Assembly: GCA_963808625.1 (NCBI GenBank)
Contig: CAWEHK010000018.1
Location: 140,640 to 204,639 of the forward strand
DNA length: 64,000 nt
Direction of reading: 5' to 3'
Source of the DNA: an uncultured delta proteobacterium
GTDB lineage: Bacteria > Desulfobacterota > Syntrophobacteria > Syntrophobacterales > Syntrophobacteraceae
This document shows, piece after piece, positions 10,398 to 19,543 of the stretch (position 1 is its first letter; each line of letters starts with the position of its first letter). Position numbers and translations under genes: made by a program. The notes below the pieces were generated by a model that was not told the origin of the DNA, made no database searches, and saw only the letters and a program-made list of their open reading frames with translations.

Positions 10398-12773
10398 TCA
10401 GAACAGGTCGGACTTGAAAAAGGATTCCGAAGCCGAGGCGGGGGTATAGGGTCTCCCCCCCATTTCACCCTGCTGACCGGCTTCCGAAGGTGGCCCTCCT
10501 GAAAACGCTGCATAAACCCCGTTGGGATCATCGGCGCGTGTGACCATGCCGGAGTAGGAATTCACTCTGGCAAACACCACCCCGGGGGGAATGGGAAAGC
10601 TTTCGAGGGGTTCATTTTTCAGCCATTCTTTCATGAAGTACAACCAGATCGGGCAGGCTGCCCGGCCTCCGGTTTCGCCCTTGCCCAGAGATAGCGTATG
10701 GTCGTCATAACCGACCCAGACCCCGGCGAGGGTCGAAGGAGTGTAGCCGACGAACCAGGCATCTTTCATTTCGTTCGTGGTTCCTGTCTTTCCGGCTGCG
10801 GGTCGGCCGAGTTCCTTGGCTTTTTGACCGGTGCCTTCCTCGACCACGCCCTGGAGTAAATTCGTCATGATGTAAGCCGTTTGCGGCGAAATCACACTCT
10901 CCCGCACCACCTGGTGCTCTTCCACCAAGCGACCTTTGCGATCAAGTATTTTTTCAATCAAATAGGGCTGAACCCGTTCGCCCTGGTTGATGAAAGGCGT
11001 ATAAGCGGTGATCAACTCCTCCAGGGTGACCCCTGAAGAACCCAGAGCGAGCGCCAGAGTAGGCGTTAAGGGGGACGTGACGCCCAGTTGTCTGGCGTAG
11101 TTTATGGCATAGTTGACGCCGATCTGCCCCAGGAGTTTCACAGTCACCACATTTCGGGAGTGGATCAAAGCCTTCCTGAAAAGAATCGGCCCCCAAAACT
11201 GCTGGTCGTAGTTGGCTGGTTTCCAGGGGCCTTTCAGGCTTCGATCATCCAACACGATCGGTGAATCGATGAGGATGGAAGCCTCCGTGAACCCTTTATC
11301 CAGAGCAGCAGCGTAAATAATCGGCTTGAAGGCGGAACCCGGCTGCCTGACCGCTTGCGTGGCACGATTGAACTGGCTCTTTTCGAAATCCCTGCCGCCA
11401 ACCATACAAAGCACTCTGCCGGTTTCAGGGACCATCGCCATCAGCGCCCCTTCCATGCCCGGGTCCTGCTCCAAAACCGCCAGCCAGCTCTTATCATCCA
11501 GGAGCTTGTCGAGATGCACTCTGACGACATCTCCAACTCGAAACATCTTCGTCGCACGCTTGTCGGAAACCTGCGTCCATTGCCAACCCGACGGCGGCAG
11601 CTTGGCCGAAACGTCACCCAACCGAAGCAGGCATGTCTGGGTCTTGGGATCGTAGGCAGTCACCAGGGCGGCAACGATTTTGCCCTGAGTCAGATCACCG
11701 TTTCTTTCCGTCAAGACTTTCAAAGTTGTCGGCCAGTCTTCTTTCGCTACGTTAAGATTGACACCTCGATAACGACTGTGGCGTTTGTCCAGTTCCCTCA
11801 ACCCGGCATCCAGGGCCTTTTGGGCTATTTCCTGAGCCCTGACATCCATGGTGGTATAAATGGAGATGCCCTGTTTGTAGAGACCATCACGCCCATAGCG
11901 GGCTTCCACCTGGCGGCGGACTTCTTCGGTAAACGAGTTGAGTGCCTTCAGGGTCCAATGCTTCGGTTTGGCGAAATGCAGGGGCTGGGCAAGGGCTTTT
12001 CGCGCTTCCTCGGAAGTGAGGAATCCAACTTCCGCCATTCTCTTCAAAACATATTCCTGGCGATCTTTGGCCACAGAAAAGTTCTGAAGCGGCGAAAAGC
12101 GGCTCGGCGCCTTGGGCAGACCTGCCAGCATGGCACCCTCGGCAAGGCTCAGATCCCCAACATGCTTGTCGAAATAGGTCCGAGCGGCGGCTTCCACACC
12201 ATAGGCGCCCGCCCCGAAATAGATCTGGTTCAGATAAAGGTAGAGAATCTCGTCCTTGCTCAACGAATGGTCGATCCGATAGGCGAGCGCGGCTTCCTTC
12301 AGCTTGCGCATCCAGGTCTTCTCGGGCGAGAGGAGCAGTGATTTAACCACCTGCTGCGTGATGGTGCTCCCGCCCTGGACTATTTCCCCGGCTTCAAGAT
12401 TCTTCAACGAGGCCCGGATGATTCCAAGCAGATCCACCCCTCCGTGCTCATAAAAGCGGGCGTCTTCCGAAGCGAGAAAAGCCTTCACAACGTAAGGAGG
12501 AACTTCCTGCAGCGGCACCAGGAAGCGACGCTCCGTATAGAATTCGCCGATCAATGACCCATTGGCGGCGTAGACGCTGGAAACCAAAGGCGGATGGTAG
12601 TTCCTGAGTGACTGGGTGCTCGGGAGGGAGCGGTCCAGTTCGATGTAAAAAACTATAAGCGCAAGCCCGGCGGCAACCACCAAGCCCGTAACGAGAGTCA
12701 AAAAGCCAAATGCAAGCCAGCGTATGGGGCCCTTTTTCGCAGGCATCCTTTTGCGCGGTGATGCACGTCTCAT
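10398..12773 (-). CDS. mrcA: Penicillin-binding protein 1A
   Basis: Transglycosylase EDARFYEHGG and GGSTITQQ; transpeptidase SAFK, SRN and KTG. ATG at 12773 has a GAGGTG RBS. Confidence 0.92.
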   Translation of the reverse strand: MRRASPRKRMPAKKGPIRWLAFGFLTLVTGLVVAAGLALIVFYIELDRSLPSTQSLRNYHPPLVSSVYAANGSLIGEFYTERRFLVPLQEVPPYVVKAFLASEDARFYEHGGVDLLGIIRASLKNLEAGEIVQGGSTITQQVVKSLLLSPEKTWMRKLKEAALAYRIDHSLSKDEILYLYLNQIYFGAGAYGVEAAARTYFDKHVGDLSLAEGAMLAGLPKAPSRFSPLQNFSVAKDRQEYVLKRMAEVGFLTSEEARKALAQPLHFAKPKHWTLKALNSFTEEVRRQVEARYGRDGLYKQGISIYTTMDVRAQEIAQKALDAGLRELDKRHSRYRGVNLNVAKEDWPTTLKVLTERNGDLTQGKIVAALVTAYDPKTQTCLLRLGDVSAKLPPSGWQWTQVSDKRATKMFRVGDVVRVHLDKLLDDKSWLAVLEQDPGMEGALMAMVPETGRVLCMVGGRDFEKSQFNRATQAVRQPGSAFKPIIYAAALDKGFTEASILIDSPIVLDDRSLKGPWKPANYDQQFWGPILFRKALIHSRNVVTVKLLGQIGVNYAINYARQLGVTSPLTPTLALALGSSGVTLEELITAYTPFINQGERVQPYLIEKILDRKGRLVEEHQVVRESVISPQTAYIMTNLLQGVVEEGTGQKAKELGRPAAGKTGTTNEMKDAWFVGYTPSTLAGVWVGYDDHTLSLGKGETGGRAACPIWLYFMKEWLKNEPLESFPIPPGVVFARVNSYSGMVTRADDPNGVYAAFSGGPPSEAGQQGEMGGRPYTPASASESFFKSDLF

Positions 12774-13144
12774 GAATGGCACCTCATGAGGAACGATACT
12801 ATCAGAACTGCGGCAGCAGAGGTCGGAAATCCGAAATAACCGCTCCGACATGCGGAACCCCGAATCAGAGGAAAGTCCGGAGCAACCTCTGCTAGTCCTC
12901 GAATGCGGCTTCAATGCATATTCTCCCCGAATGAACAACGAATTATCACGCCTTTCCAGTCAAGATATCGACCAAAGACAAGAACCCGCCATGGCTTTGC
13001 GTCGGCCGGCCGTTCCCGTTAAAGGAACATGCTTAGAACCAACTCAACCCTATATATCTACCATATTCTATATTCGAGGAAAAGCACCTGAATCTAATGA
13101 AACCTCGAGTACTCAGTGAGGAAACAGAGGGCAACGCCATTTTC

Positions 13145-13173
13145 TTGACATTCGAGGACGCGGTCTCTAGCAT
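13145..13173 (+). promoter_or_regulatory. Putative sigma70 promoter of the sbtA-sbtM locus
   Basis: TTGACA (13145-13150), 17-nt spacer, TAGCAT (13168-13173). Confidence 0.55.
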
Positions 13174-13237
13174 GATTTGCAGGCGGGGAGGATAGAATAC
13201 GATTTGAGAAAAACCAGCTGACCGATGGAGCAAGAGC

Positions 13238-13552
13238 ATGGACACTAAGGAACTCAAGAAAGTTCTCGCCGGGTTGTGCTTTGCAACCCTGCTGTCCGGG
13301 GCCGGCCTTACCGCCGCAGGAGCAGCGAGCGGGTGAGGTGCAGGCCAGTCCGGCGCCGGCGGCGCCCAACCTCCCAAAAAAGAAGCTGGAAAAAGTGGGT
13401 GAGGAGGGACCCAACCCAGCGCAGTTAGCGTTGGAGAAAAAAGCAAAGAAGCGACTAAGGGTGACGGAAATGCCACCAGGTCCGGAACGGGTGGTGCAGA
13501 AGAGCAGAAGAAAGTCCCCGGCAAGAGCGGCTGAGGCGGGAGCAAGCAATAG
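13238..13552 (+). CDS. sbtA: SbtA-like thio(seleno)oxazole/selenobiotic RiPP precursor with three selenocysteines (104 aa)
   Basis: MDTKELKKVLAGLCFATLLSGAGLTAAGAASG-U-GAGQSGAGGAQPPKKEAGKSG-U-GGTQPSAVSVGEKSKEATKGDGNATRSGTGGAEEQKKVPGKSG-U-GGSKQ*. TGA at 13334, 13400 and 13532; TAG stop; GGAG RBS; adjacent to an SbtM-like radical SAM gene. Confidence 0.85.
13352..13366 (+). promoter_or_regulatory. SECIS-like hairpin 1
   Basis: GGCGCC-GGC-GGCGCC; loop G follows TGA-1 after 21 intervening nt; lower stem GAGGT/ACCTC. Confidence 0.65.
13416..13434 (+). promoter_or_regulatory. SECIS-like hairpin 2
   Basis: CCAGCGC-AGTTA-GCGTTGG; loop G follows TGA-2 after 21 intervening nt. Confidence 0.6.
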
Positions 13553-13573
13553 TGCAGGTTGCACTGGCCCCGC
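13536..13573 (+). promoter_or_regulatory. SECIS-like hairpin 3
   Basis: GCGGG...AGTGCA-GGT-TGCACT...CCCGC; loop G follows TGA-3 after 22 intervening nt; the apical part resembles the E. coli fdhF SECIS. Confidence 0.7.
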
Positions 13574-13702
13574 TTGTCAGGACATACCCTTCATTGCAGA
13601 AGAGAGCGAAGGTTACCGGTTTAACCGGGTGTTTCAGCACGATGTTTGTATTTTGGCCGTGTTCTATCCTCCCCCCGAATCAAACGACGAAAGCCTCGAC
13701 CC

Positions 13703-15303
13703 GTGTATCAAGAGACTACGGATAGGATTGAAGCGATATATCCCGGATGCCGGCAGATTATTCCATCCGACGCATGGGATCGTCTTGCAGGCGCCTGTGC
13801 CGCGGGCCGTGGACCGGAAGAACTGCCTCAGGTTTTGTCTCGGCAAGCGGATATGCTTTCCCTCCCCGGTTATTTGCCGGAGCTTGCGCTTCTGGAGTGG
13901 GCCCTCTTCCGAGTGAAAACCATTGAGCCCGATTACTCCCTGCCGGGCAATTCAATTGATATCAACCCTTCTCTCCAGTTGCTCCGCTTCTCCTGGAAAA
14001 ACCTGACGTTTCTGCTGACTGCCGCTGAGAATGACCCTTCTCCCCTCACGGAACCAGGTGAAGAATACGTGCTCGTCTGGCGGCATCCGAGAACCGTGAG
14101 GCCCTGGTCTGCCCTGCCACTCACGAAGATCTCCTGGTGCTCAAAATGGCGGCTGAGGAGATCGATCCCAAACAGGTGGCCGCTGCCGGCAGGGTTACCC
14201 TTCATCAACTCGATTCAGCCATCGATCGAGCAGTGGGGAAGGGGTTGTTGATTGCCCCACCTTCGGGCATTCGGCGTGATCCCTCTTGTTTCCTTATGGA
14301 TCATGAGATCGAGGAGGATTTCCTGTCGTCTCCCGTTTTCACCCTCCAATGGCATATCACCGGGGCTTGCGACCTTCACTGCAGGCACTGCTATGATCGG
14401 AGCGGCACGCATTCCCTCGAACCGGAACAAGCGCTGAAGGTCCTTGATGGACTCTCCGAATTCTGCCGGAGCCGAAAGGTCAAGGGGCAAGTCTCCTTCA
14501 CCGGCGGCAACCCCATGCTCTATCCCGCCTTCCTGGAGGTCTACCGGGCTGCCTCCGAGCGCGGCTTCGGCCTCGCCATCCTCGGCAATCCGGCGCCCCG
14601 GGAGCTGATCGAAGAACTGGTCGCCGTCGAGCCGCCCCTTTATTATCAGGTGAGCCTCGAAGGGCTGCGGGAACACAATGATTATATTCGCGGGCGCGGA
14701 CATTTCGATCGCGTGCTTGAATTTCTCGAGGTGTTGCGCCATCTCGATATTTACTCAATGGTTATGCTCACGCTTACCAGGGACAACCTCTCTCAAGTGC
14801 TGCCTCTCGCTGAAATGCTTCGCGGCCACACTGACTTATTCACTTTTAACCGCCTCTCCCTGGTGGGCCGGGGCGCCGCCCTCAAACTCCCCTCCAAGAA
14901 CGACTACAGGGTCTTTCTGGAGGCTTATTCGGAGGCTGCAGAGCGCAACTCCGTCTGCGCTTTGAAAGACAATCTGATCAACATTATCCATCACCAAAAG
15001 GGCTTGCCCGCCTTTGGCGGATGTACCGGCTATGGATGCGGAGCCGCCTTCAACTTCATTTCTCTTCTGGCGGATGGGAGCGTCCATGCCTGCCGCAAAT
15101 TTCCGTCACCCATCGGAAACATCCTTCACACCAGTCTCGGGGAACTCTACGACTCCGAACCCGCCCGGCGCTACCGTTCCGGCTCCCGTGCCTGCCGGTC
15201 CTGTGCCATAAAGCCCGTATGCGGGGGCTGCCTGGCGATCGCTCACAGCTTCGGACTTGACGTGTTTGAAGACCGCGACCCCTATTGCTTTATCGCGGAG
15301 TGA
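13703..15303 (+). CDS. sbtM: SbtM-like radical SAM/SPASM peptide maturase; frameshift at ~14096
   Basis: FTLQWHITGACDLHCRHCYDR (CxxxCxxC), SFTGGNP, GGCTGYGCGAAFNF and CRSCAIKPVCGGCLA. The N-terminal extension in 13646..14251 joins by one missing base. Start (GTG 13703 or TTG 13646) is uncertain. Confidence 0.85.
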
Positions 15304-15358
15304 TCGGACTATAGCCTCCTGCAACCGCTCGGGAGCAGCAAGCCTTCTCGATCCTCAC

Positions 15359-16516
15359 TCACGCAAAAAGGTCCTGTTTCTTCATGAGTTCTCGGAAGAT
15401 GATCAGTTTCTGCACGTCCTGGGTGCCCTCGCCCAGCGATGCTGCCCAGGCATCCATGGGGTACTTATGGATAGGATGTTCGAAGATGACCGAGGCAGCA
15501 CCAAAAAGGTCCGCAGCCCACACCCCGATCTCTCTTGCCGCCTCCACCGCAAGGTATTTCGCCACGGATGATTCCAGACGAAAGTCCAACCCCTGATCTT
15601 TAAGCCAGCAAGCCTTCCACAAGGTCAGCCCGGCGGCTTCGATCCTGCTGAAGAAGTGCGCAGCTTCGAACGATTTGGCCTGGAAATGGACTATGCTCTC
15701 ATCGAACACCTTCCGCTTTCGAGCGTGTTCAAGGCCTTGTTCAAAAGCCCCCCTGGCCGTCCCCAACGTCAGTGCACTGATCGCGATCCGGCTGTGCGTG
15801 AAAATGTTCAGGACCTGCTGCAAGCCTTTGCCCCGTTCACCAACCAGGTTCTCATCGGGAACATAGGCATCCTTGAAACGGAGCCGGGTAAGATCGGAAG
15901 GAATCCACACCCTTTTGTTAAGCTTCGTTCGGGAAATCCCCTGAGCCGACAGGTCCACCAGGAACATGGATAATCGCTGGTTTCTCGGGGCTTCCGGATC
16001 GGAAACGGCAGTAATGAGAGCCAAATCGCTGATGGTCCCATTAGTAACGTATGCTTTGGTTCCGTTCAGTAACCATCCGCCCTCAATGCGATCAGCCCTG
16101 GTCGCAATGCCGGCCACATCACTTCCGGCGGTGGGTTCCGTGTTGCCAAGGCACATCAGAGTTTCCCCGAGAATGGCCGCAGGCAGAATGCGGGCGGCTT
16201 GCTCGGCATTCCCGCACAGGTAAAGTCCTTTAACCCCGAGGGAGATCTGCACGGCAACGGCAACGGCAACCCCCGGCGACAGCCTTGCCAGACATTCCAT
16301 CAGGACGGCCTGTTTCAAGGCGGATTCCTCCTGTATGCCCTCATCGCCGGCAACGAAACCCAGCCAGCCAGTCCCTCCCAGTTCCTGGAAGAAATCACCC
16401 GGAATGACCCCGTCTTCATACCATTGCGATAGCCGCGGCCGAAGACGCTTATCGAGAAAGGCCTGAAAACGATTCAGCTCTTCACTTATCTCTTGCGGCA
16501 AGGAAAAGTTCATCAC
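15359..16516 (-). CDS. Acyl-CoA dehydrogenase
   Basis: NTEPTAGSD, LNGTKAYVTNG, R..F...I..FQ, GEGTQDVQK. Confidence 0.9.
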   Translation of the reverse strand: MMNFSLPQEISEELNRFQAFLDKRLRPRLSQWYEDGVIPGDFFQELGGTGWLGFVAGDEGIQEESALKQAVLMECLARLSPGVAVAVAVQISLGVKGLYLCGNAEQAARILPAAILGETLMCLGNTEPTAGSDVAGIATRADRIEGGWLLNGTKAYVTNGTISDLALITAVSDPEAPRNQRLSMFLVDLSAQGISRTKLNKRVWIPSDLTRLRFKDAYVPDENLVGERGKGLQQVLNIFTHSRIAISALTLGTARGAFEQGLEHARKRKVFDESIVHFQAKSFEAAHFFSRIEAAGLTLWKACWLKDQGLDFRLESSVAKYLAVEAAREIGVWAADLFGAASVIFEHPIHKYPMDAWAASLGEGTQDVQKLIIFRELMKKQDLFA

Positions 16517-16698
16517 GCGACTCCTGTGTTAGAGTTCAGTGGGTGACTATCTCGAAACCCCTTTCAGCCGAGGAAATACTTCGTTTCAAGAAACCACGGC
16601 AACGGCGCAGAGGTCGCGGTGACAACAGGACCAAAGAGTTTTGCGTCCTCTGCCTCTCTGCGGCACAAGAAGAACTCCTCCAACCAAAATCGGCACAA

Positions 16699-17964
16699 TT
16701 ACTTCACCAGCAAGAGGCTCAGCGGAGGGAAGAAGGTGATGATCGCGAGAGCCACCAGGAGGATGGCAATGAAGGGAAGGGATGCGTAATAAAGATAGAT
16801 AACCGATTTTTCGAACCTCAGGCTCGCAATGAGAAGGTCCATGCCGATCGGAGGAAGCGAATAGCCGATTTGGAGGTTGGTGAGAAAGATGATCCCCAGG
16901 TGCAGCAGGTCCACTCCATAGCTCTTGGCAATGGGTACGATTAGAGGCACCACAATAACCAGGGCGGAGAAAATGTTGAGGACGCAGCCGACCCCGAGCA
17001 GGAACAGGTTCAAGATGAAGAGAAAAGCGACCTTGCTTTCGACGTGGGCGCGCATGAAGCTCAAAATCTTGTTCGGCACCTGCTGGTCGATCAGGAAGCT
17101 GTTGAAGGCAAGAGATGCGCCCAGAATCACCACAATGGCGCCCACCATCATTACCGTTTTCATGATGGTGGACGGCAAATCCTTTATCTTGATTTCCCGG
17201 TGGATGGCCATCTCCACAAAGAGCACATAAATGGCCGTAATCGCTGCGGCTTCACTCAGTGCCAGGTAACCGCTGAAGATCCCGCCCAGGACTACCACGG
17301 GAAGAAGGATTTCCCAGAGGGCTTCGCGGAGGGCCGCGAGGATTTCGCGGAAACTGAAATTGTCATGGGCGCCGGTGGTTCCGCACCGAATGCCCTGGAC
17401 CATGCCGTAGAGGGAAAGCAGAACCAGCATGAGCACACCGGGCAAAACCCCCGCCAGGAAAAGATCGGCGGTATTGATGTCGGCGACCATGGCATAGATG
17501 ATCAGAGGAAGGCTGGGAGGGAAGAGCAGTCCGAGGCTTCCGCAGGTGGTCAGCAGCCCGAGGGAGAACTTTTCCGGGTACTTGTCGGCGATCAGTGCAG
17601 GCAGCATCAACCCGCCGAGGGCGACAATGGTAATTCCGGAAGCGCCGGTAAGCGCCGTAAAAAAAGAACAGGTGATGAGCGAGACGATGGCCAATCCTCC
17701 GGGCGCCCGCCCCATGATCGCCGCCGATAGCCTGACCAGCCTCCTGCTGGCCTGGCTTTCCCCGAGCACGTATCCGGCGAAGGCAAAAAGCAGGAGGGCA
17801 ATCAGAATGGGACTGGCCGCCAGGCGGTACATTTCGATGATGACTGCGGAGAGGTCCACGCCCAGGGAATGCAGGCACAACAGGGCGCCGGCGGAGATCA
17901 CCAGGAACAGCGGGGCCCCGGAAAAAGCCACCAGGATCAGCAAGACAGTCAGCAGCAGCGTCAT
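16699..17964 (-). CDS. dctM: TRAP transporter large permease
   Basis: Multi-TM protein with GSLGLLFPPS, LFLAGVLPG and G...PPIG motifs. Confidence 0.92.
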   Translation of the reverse strand: MTLLLTVLLILVAFSGAPLFLVISAGALLCLHSLGVDLSAVIIEMYRLAASPILIALLLFAFAGYVLGESQASRRLVRLSAAIMGRAPGGLAIVSLITCSFFTALTGASGITIVALGGLMLPALIADKYPEKFSLGLLTTCGSLGLLFPPSLPLIIYAMVADINTADLFLAGVLPGVLMLVLLSLYGMVQGIRCGTTGAHDNFSFREILAALREALWEILLPVVVLGGIFSGYLALSEAAAITAIYVLFVEMAIHREIKIKDLPSTIMKTVMMVGAIVVILGASLAFNSFLIDQQVPNKILSFMRAHVESKVAFLFILNLFLLGVGCVLNIFSALVIVVPLIVPIAKSYGVDLLHLGIIFLTNLQIGYSLPPIGMDLLIASLRFEKSVIYLYYASLPFIAILLVALAIITFFPPLSLLLVK

Positions 17965-18470
17965 TCGCTCAGGTCACCATGGCCCATACTTAGCTTTCCA
18001 ATGAACTGATAACCAAACCGTAACGTCATGAGCGCGAAACTGAGCGGAAAAACCGTCTCCAGCCACCAGTTGGGAATGCCAACGAAGGCCATGGTGCCCG
18101 AGCTCATTTCCATTTGGACAAAGATGAAGGAGGCATAAAGGAGCGTGGCGGAAACCAGCGTTGCGAAAAGGTTGCTGATAATACCGAGGGCTCGGGCGCT
18201 TGCAGCGGGCAGCAACTTCGGGAGGAGATCAATTTGGATATGCTTATTTTCAGCAGTGGCTCGCGCCGCCCCGAGCAAACTGACCCAGAGTACGATTTGC
18301 CGCAGCAAGGTATCACCCCAGATGACGCCGGTTGAAAAGAAATTGCGGAGGATGATTTGGACCATCGAGAACAGGACTAGAAATATCACCAGCGAAGCGA
18401 TCAACCCGTTTTCGAGCAGTCCGAACCAGCGGCTCAACTGCAATATGCTGTTTCGCAGGGAAGACTTCAT
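17961..18470 (-). CDS. dctQ: TRAP transporter small permease
   Basis: Four TM segments; QIILRNFF, HIQIDL. Confidence 0.9.
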   Translation of the reverse strand: MKSSLRNSILQLSRWFGLLENGLIASLVIFLVLFSMVQIILRNFFSTGVIWGDTLLRQIVLWVSLLGAARATAENKHIQIDLLPKLLPAASARALGIISNLFATLVSATLLYASFIFVQMEMSSGTMAFVGIPNWWLETVFPLSFALMTLRFGYQFIGKLSMGHGDLSE

Positions 18471-19543
18471 TGTTTTTTGGGAGATCGCGCCCGGTATTCG
18501 GCAAGTTCGGCCTGGATCTTCTTATAGGTGGCCATAGGAAACTCCTTCGGGCCAATGTCAGCCATAGCCTTATCGGTGAGTTCCTTAAAATCCTTGATCT
18601 GGTTCGGGTCCGGAGTCACCTTCTTCACCCCCCGCTTAAAAATGATCTCGAGGGCATCGGTGTTATCTTTCCTGGTTTGCTCAACGACCCGCTGCAAATA
18701 TCTGGCAGAGACTTTTCTCAGGGTCTCCTGAAGAGGAGCCGGGATTTTGGCAAGAAATTTTTTGTCCATCACCAGGACCCCGCCGACATAGGAAACCGGA
18801 GCGTCGGTAAGGTACTTGATCTGGGTGTACCACTGGGTGATCAGCGCATAGTAGGGTGAATTGTACACCACTTCGAGGAGGTTGGTCTGGAGGGCCATGA
18901 GCACATCCGGAGCGTTAATGGCGACGGTGGAAACGCCGACCTTTTCCATGATCGCCTGCAGCATGGGGGCGTTGGACTTGCCCCAGACTTTCTTGCCCTT
19001 GATGTCGTTCAGGCCGGCAATAGGAGTTGTCGACATAAAATAGAGAAAGCCAAGCTCCGGCCAGCCCAGGATTTCAAAACCCTTCTCGGCAAACCCGCGC
19101 TTCAAGTCGGGTTCGAGCTTAGCCATGACATAGTCGACTTCCTGGTAATTGTCGAAAAGGAAAGGAACAAGGAGCGCACGCAGATCATGATTGACATCGG
19201 TGAGTCCGGACGCGGTGAAGGCTGCGCCGTGCACCATGCCAATGCGAAGCTTCCTCAGCACATCCTCTTCATCGCCCAGGACAAAGCCGGCGAAGAGTTT
19301 GAAGCCCACTTTGCCTTCGGTTTCCTTGAGCAGTTCCGCATTCATCTCATTGAAAATCTGCATCATGGAGCTGTTTTCCGGCGCCATTGTAGCCAGTTTG
19401 ATCTCGTACTCGGGCACCCCCGCCGCAAACGCCGCAGAAGTCGAGAAGACGACAAAAAGAAACAACAGGCCAAAGGTGACGACACCGGACTTCCTGTGGA
19501 TTATCTCACGCGGGTTTGCAGCGCACTTAGGGCTAACCACCAA
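18467..19543 (-). CDS. dctP: TRAP solute-binding protein (TatP-type)
   Basis: IKLATMAPENS, LGDEEDVLRKLRIG, ALQTNLLE. TTG/GTG start after GGAGGT. Confidence 0.88.
   Translation of the reverse strand: MVVSPKCAANPREIIHRKSGVVTFGLLFLFVVFSTSAAFAAGVPEYEIKLATMAPENSSMMQIFNEMNAELLKETEGKVGFKLFAGFVLGDEEDVLRKLRIGMVHGAAFTASGLTDVNHDLRALLVPFLFDNYQEVDYVMAKLEPDLKRGFAEKGFEILGWPELGFLYFMSTTPIAGLNDIKGKKVWGKSNAPMLQAIMEKVGVSTVAINAPDVLMALQTNLLEVVYNSPYYALITQWYTQIKYLTDAPVSYVGGVLVMDKKFLAKIPAPLQETLRKVSARYLQRVVEQTRKDNTDALEIIFKRGVKKVTPDPNQIKDFKELTDKAMADIGPKEFPMATYKKIQAELAEYRARSPKKQ

Noticed and set aside
12868..12995. GAGGAAAGTCCGG followed by AGAACCCG, resembling RNase P RNA conserved ends
   Set aside because: Only ~115 nt separate the motifs, far shorter than bacterial rnpB. 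Internal conserved regions and the 3' GGCTTA are missing. An Rfam scan would settle it.
13334..13534. TGA read as Trp/Gly (alternative genetic code) or as pseudogene stops
   Set aside because: TGA ends many ordinary genes in this window. Identical motif context plus hairpins argues against random nonsense mutations.
13033..13916. ORF-track calls 13033..13545(-), 13094..13564(-) and 13281..13916(+)
   Set aside because: Shadow frames over the TGA-interrupted precursor; low-complexity translations with no family motifs.
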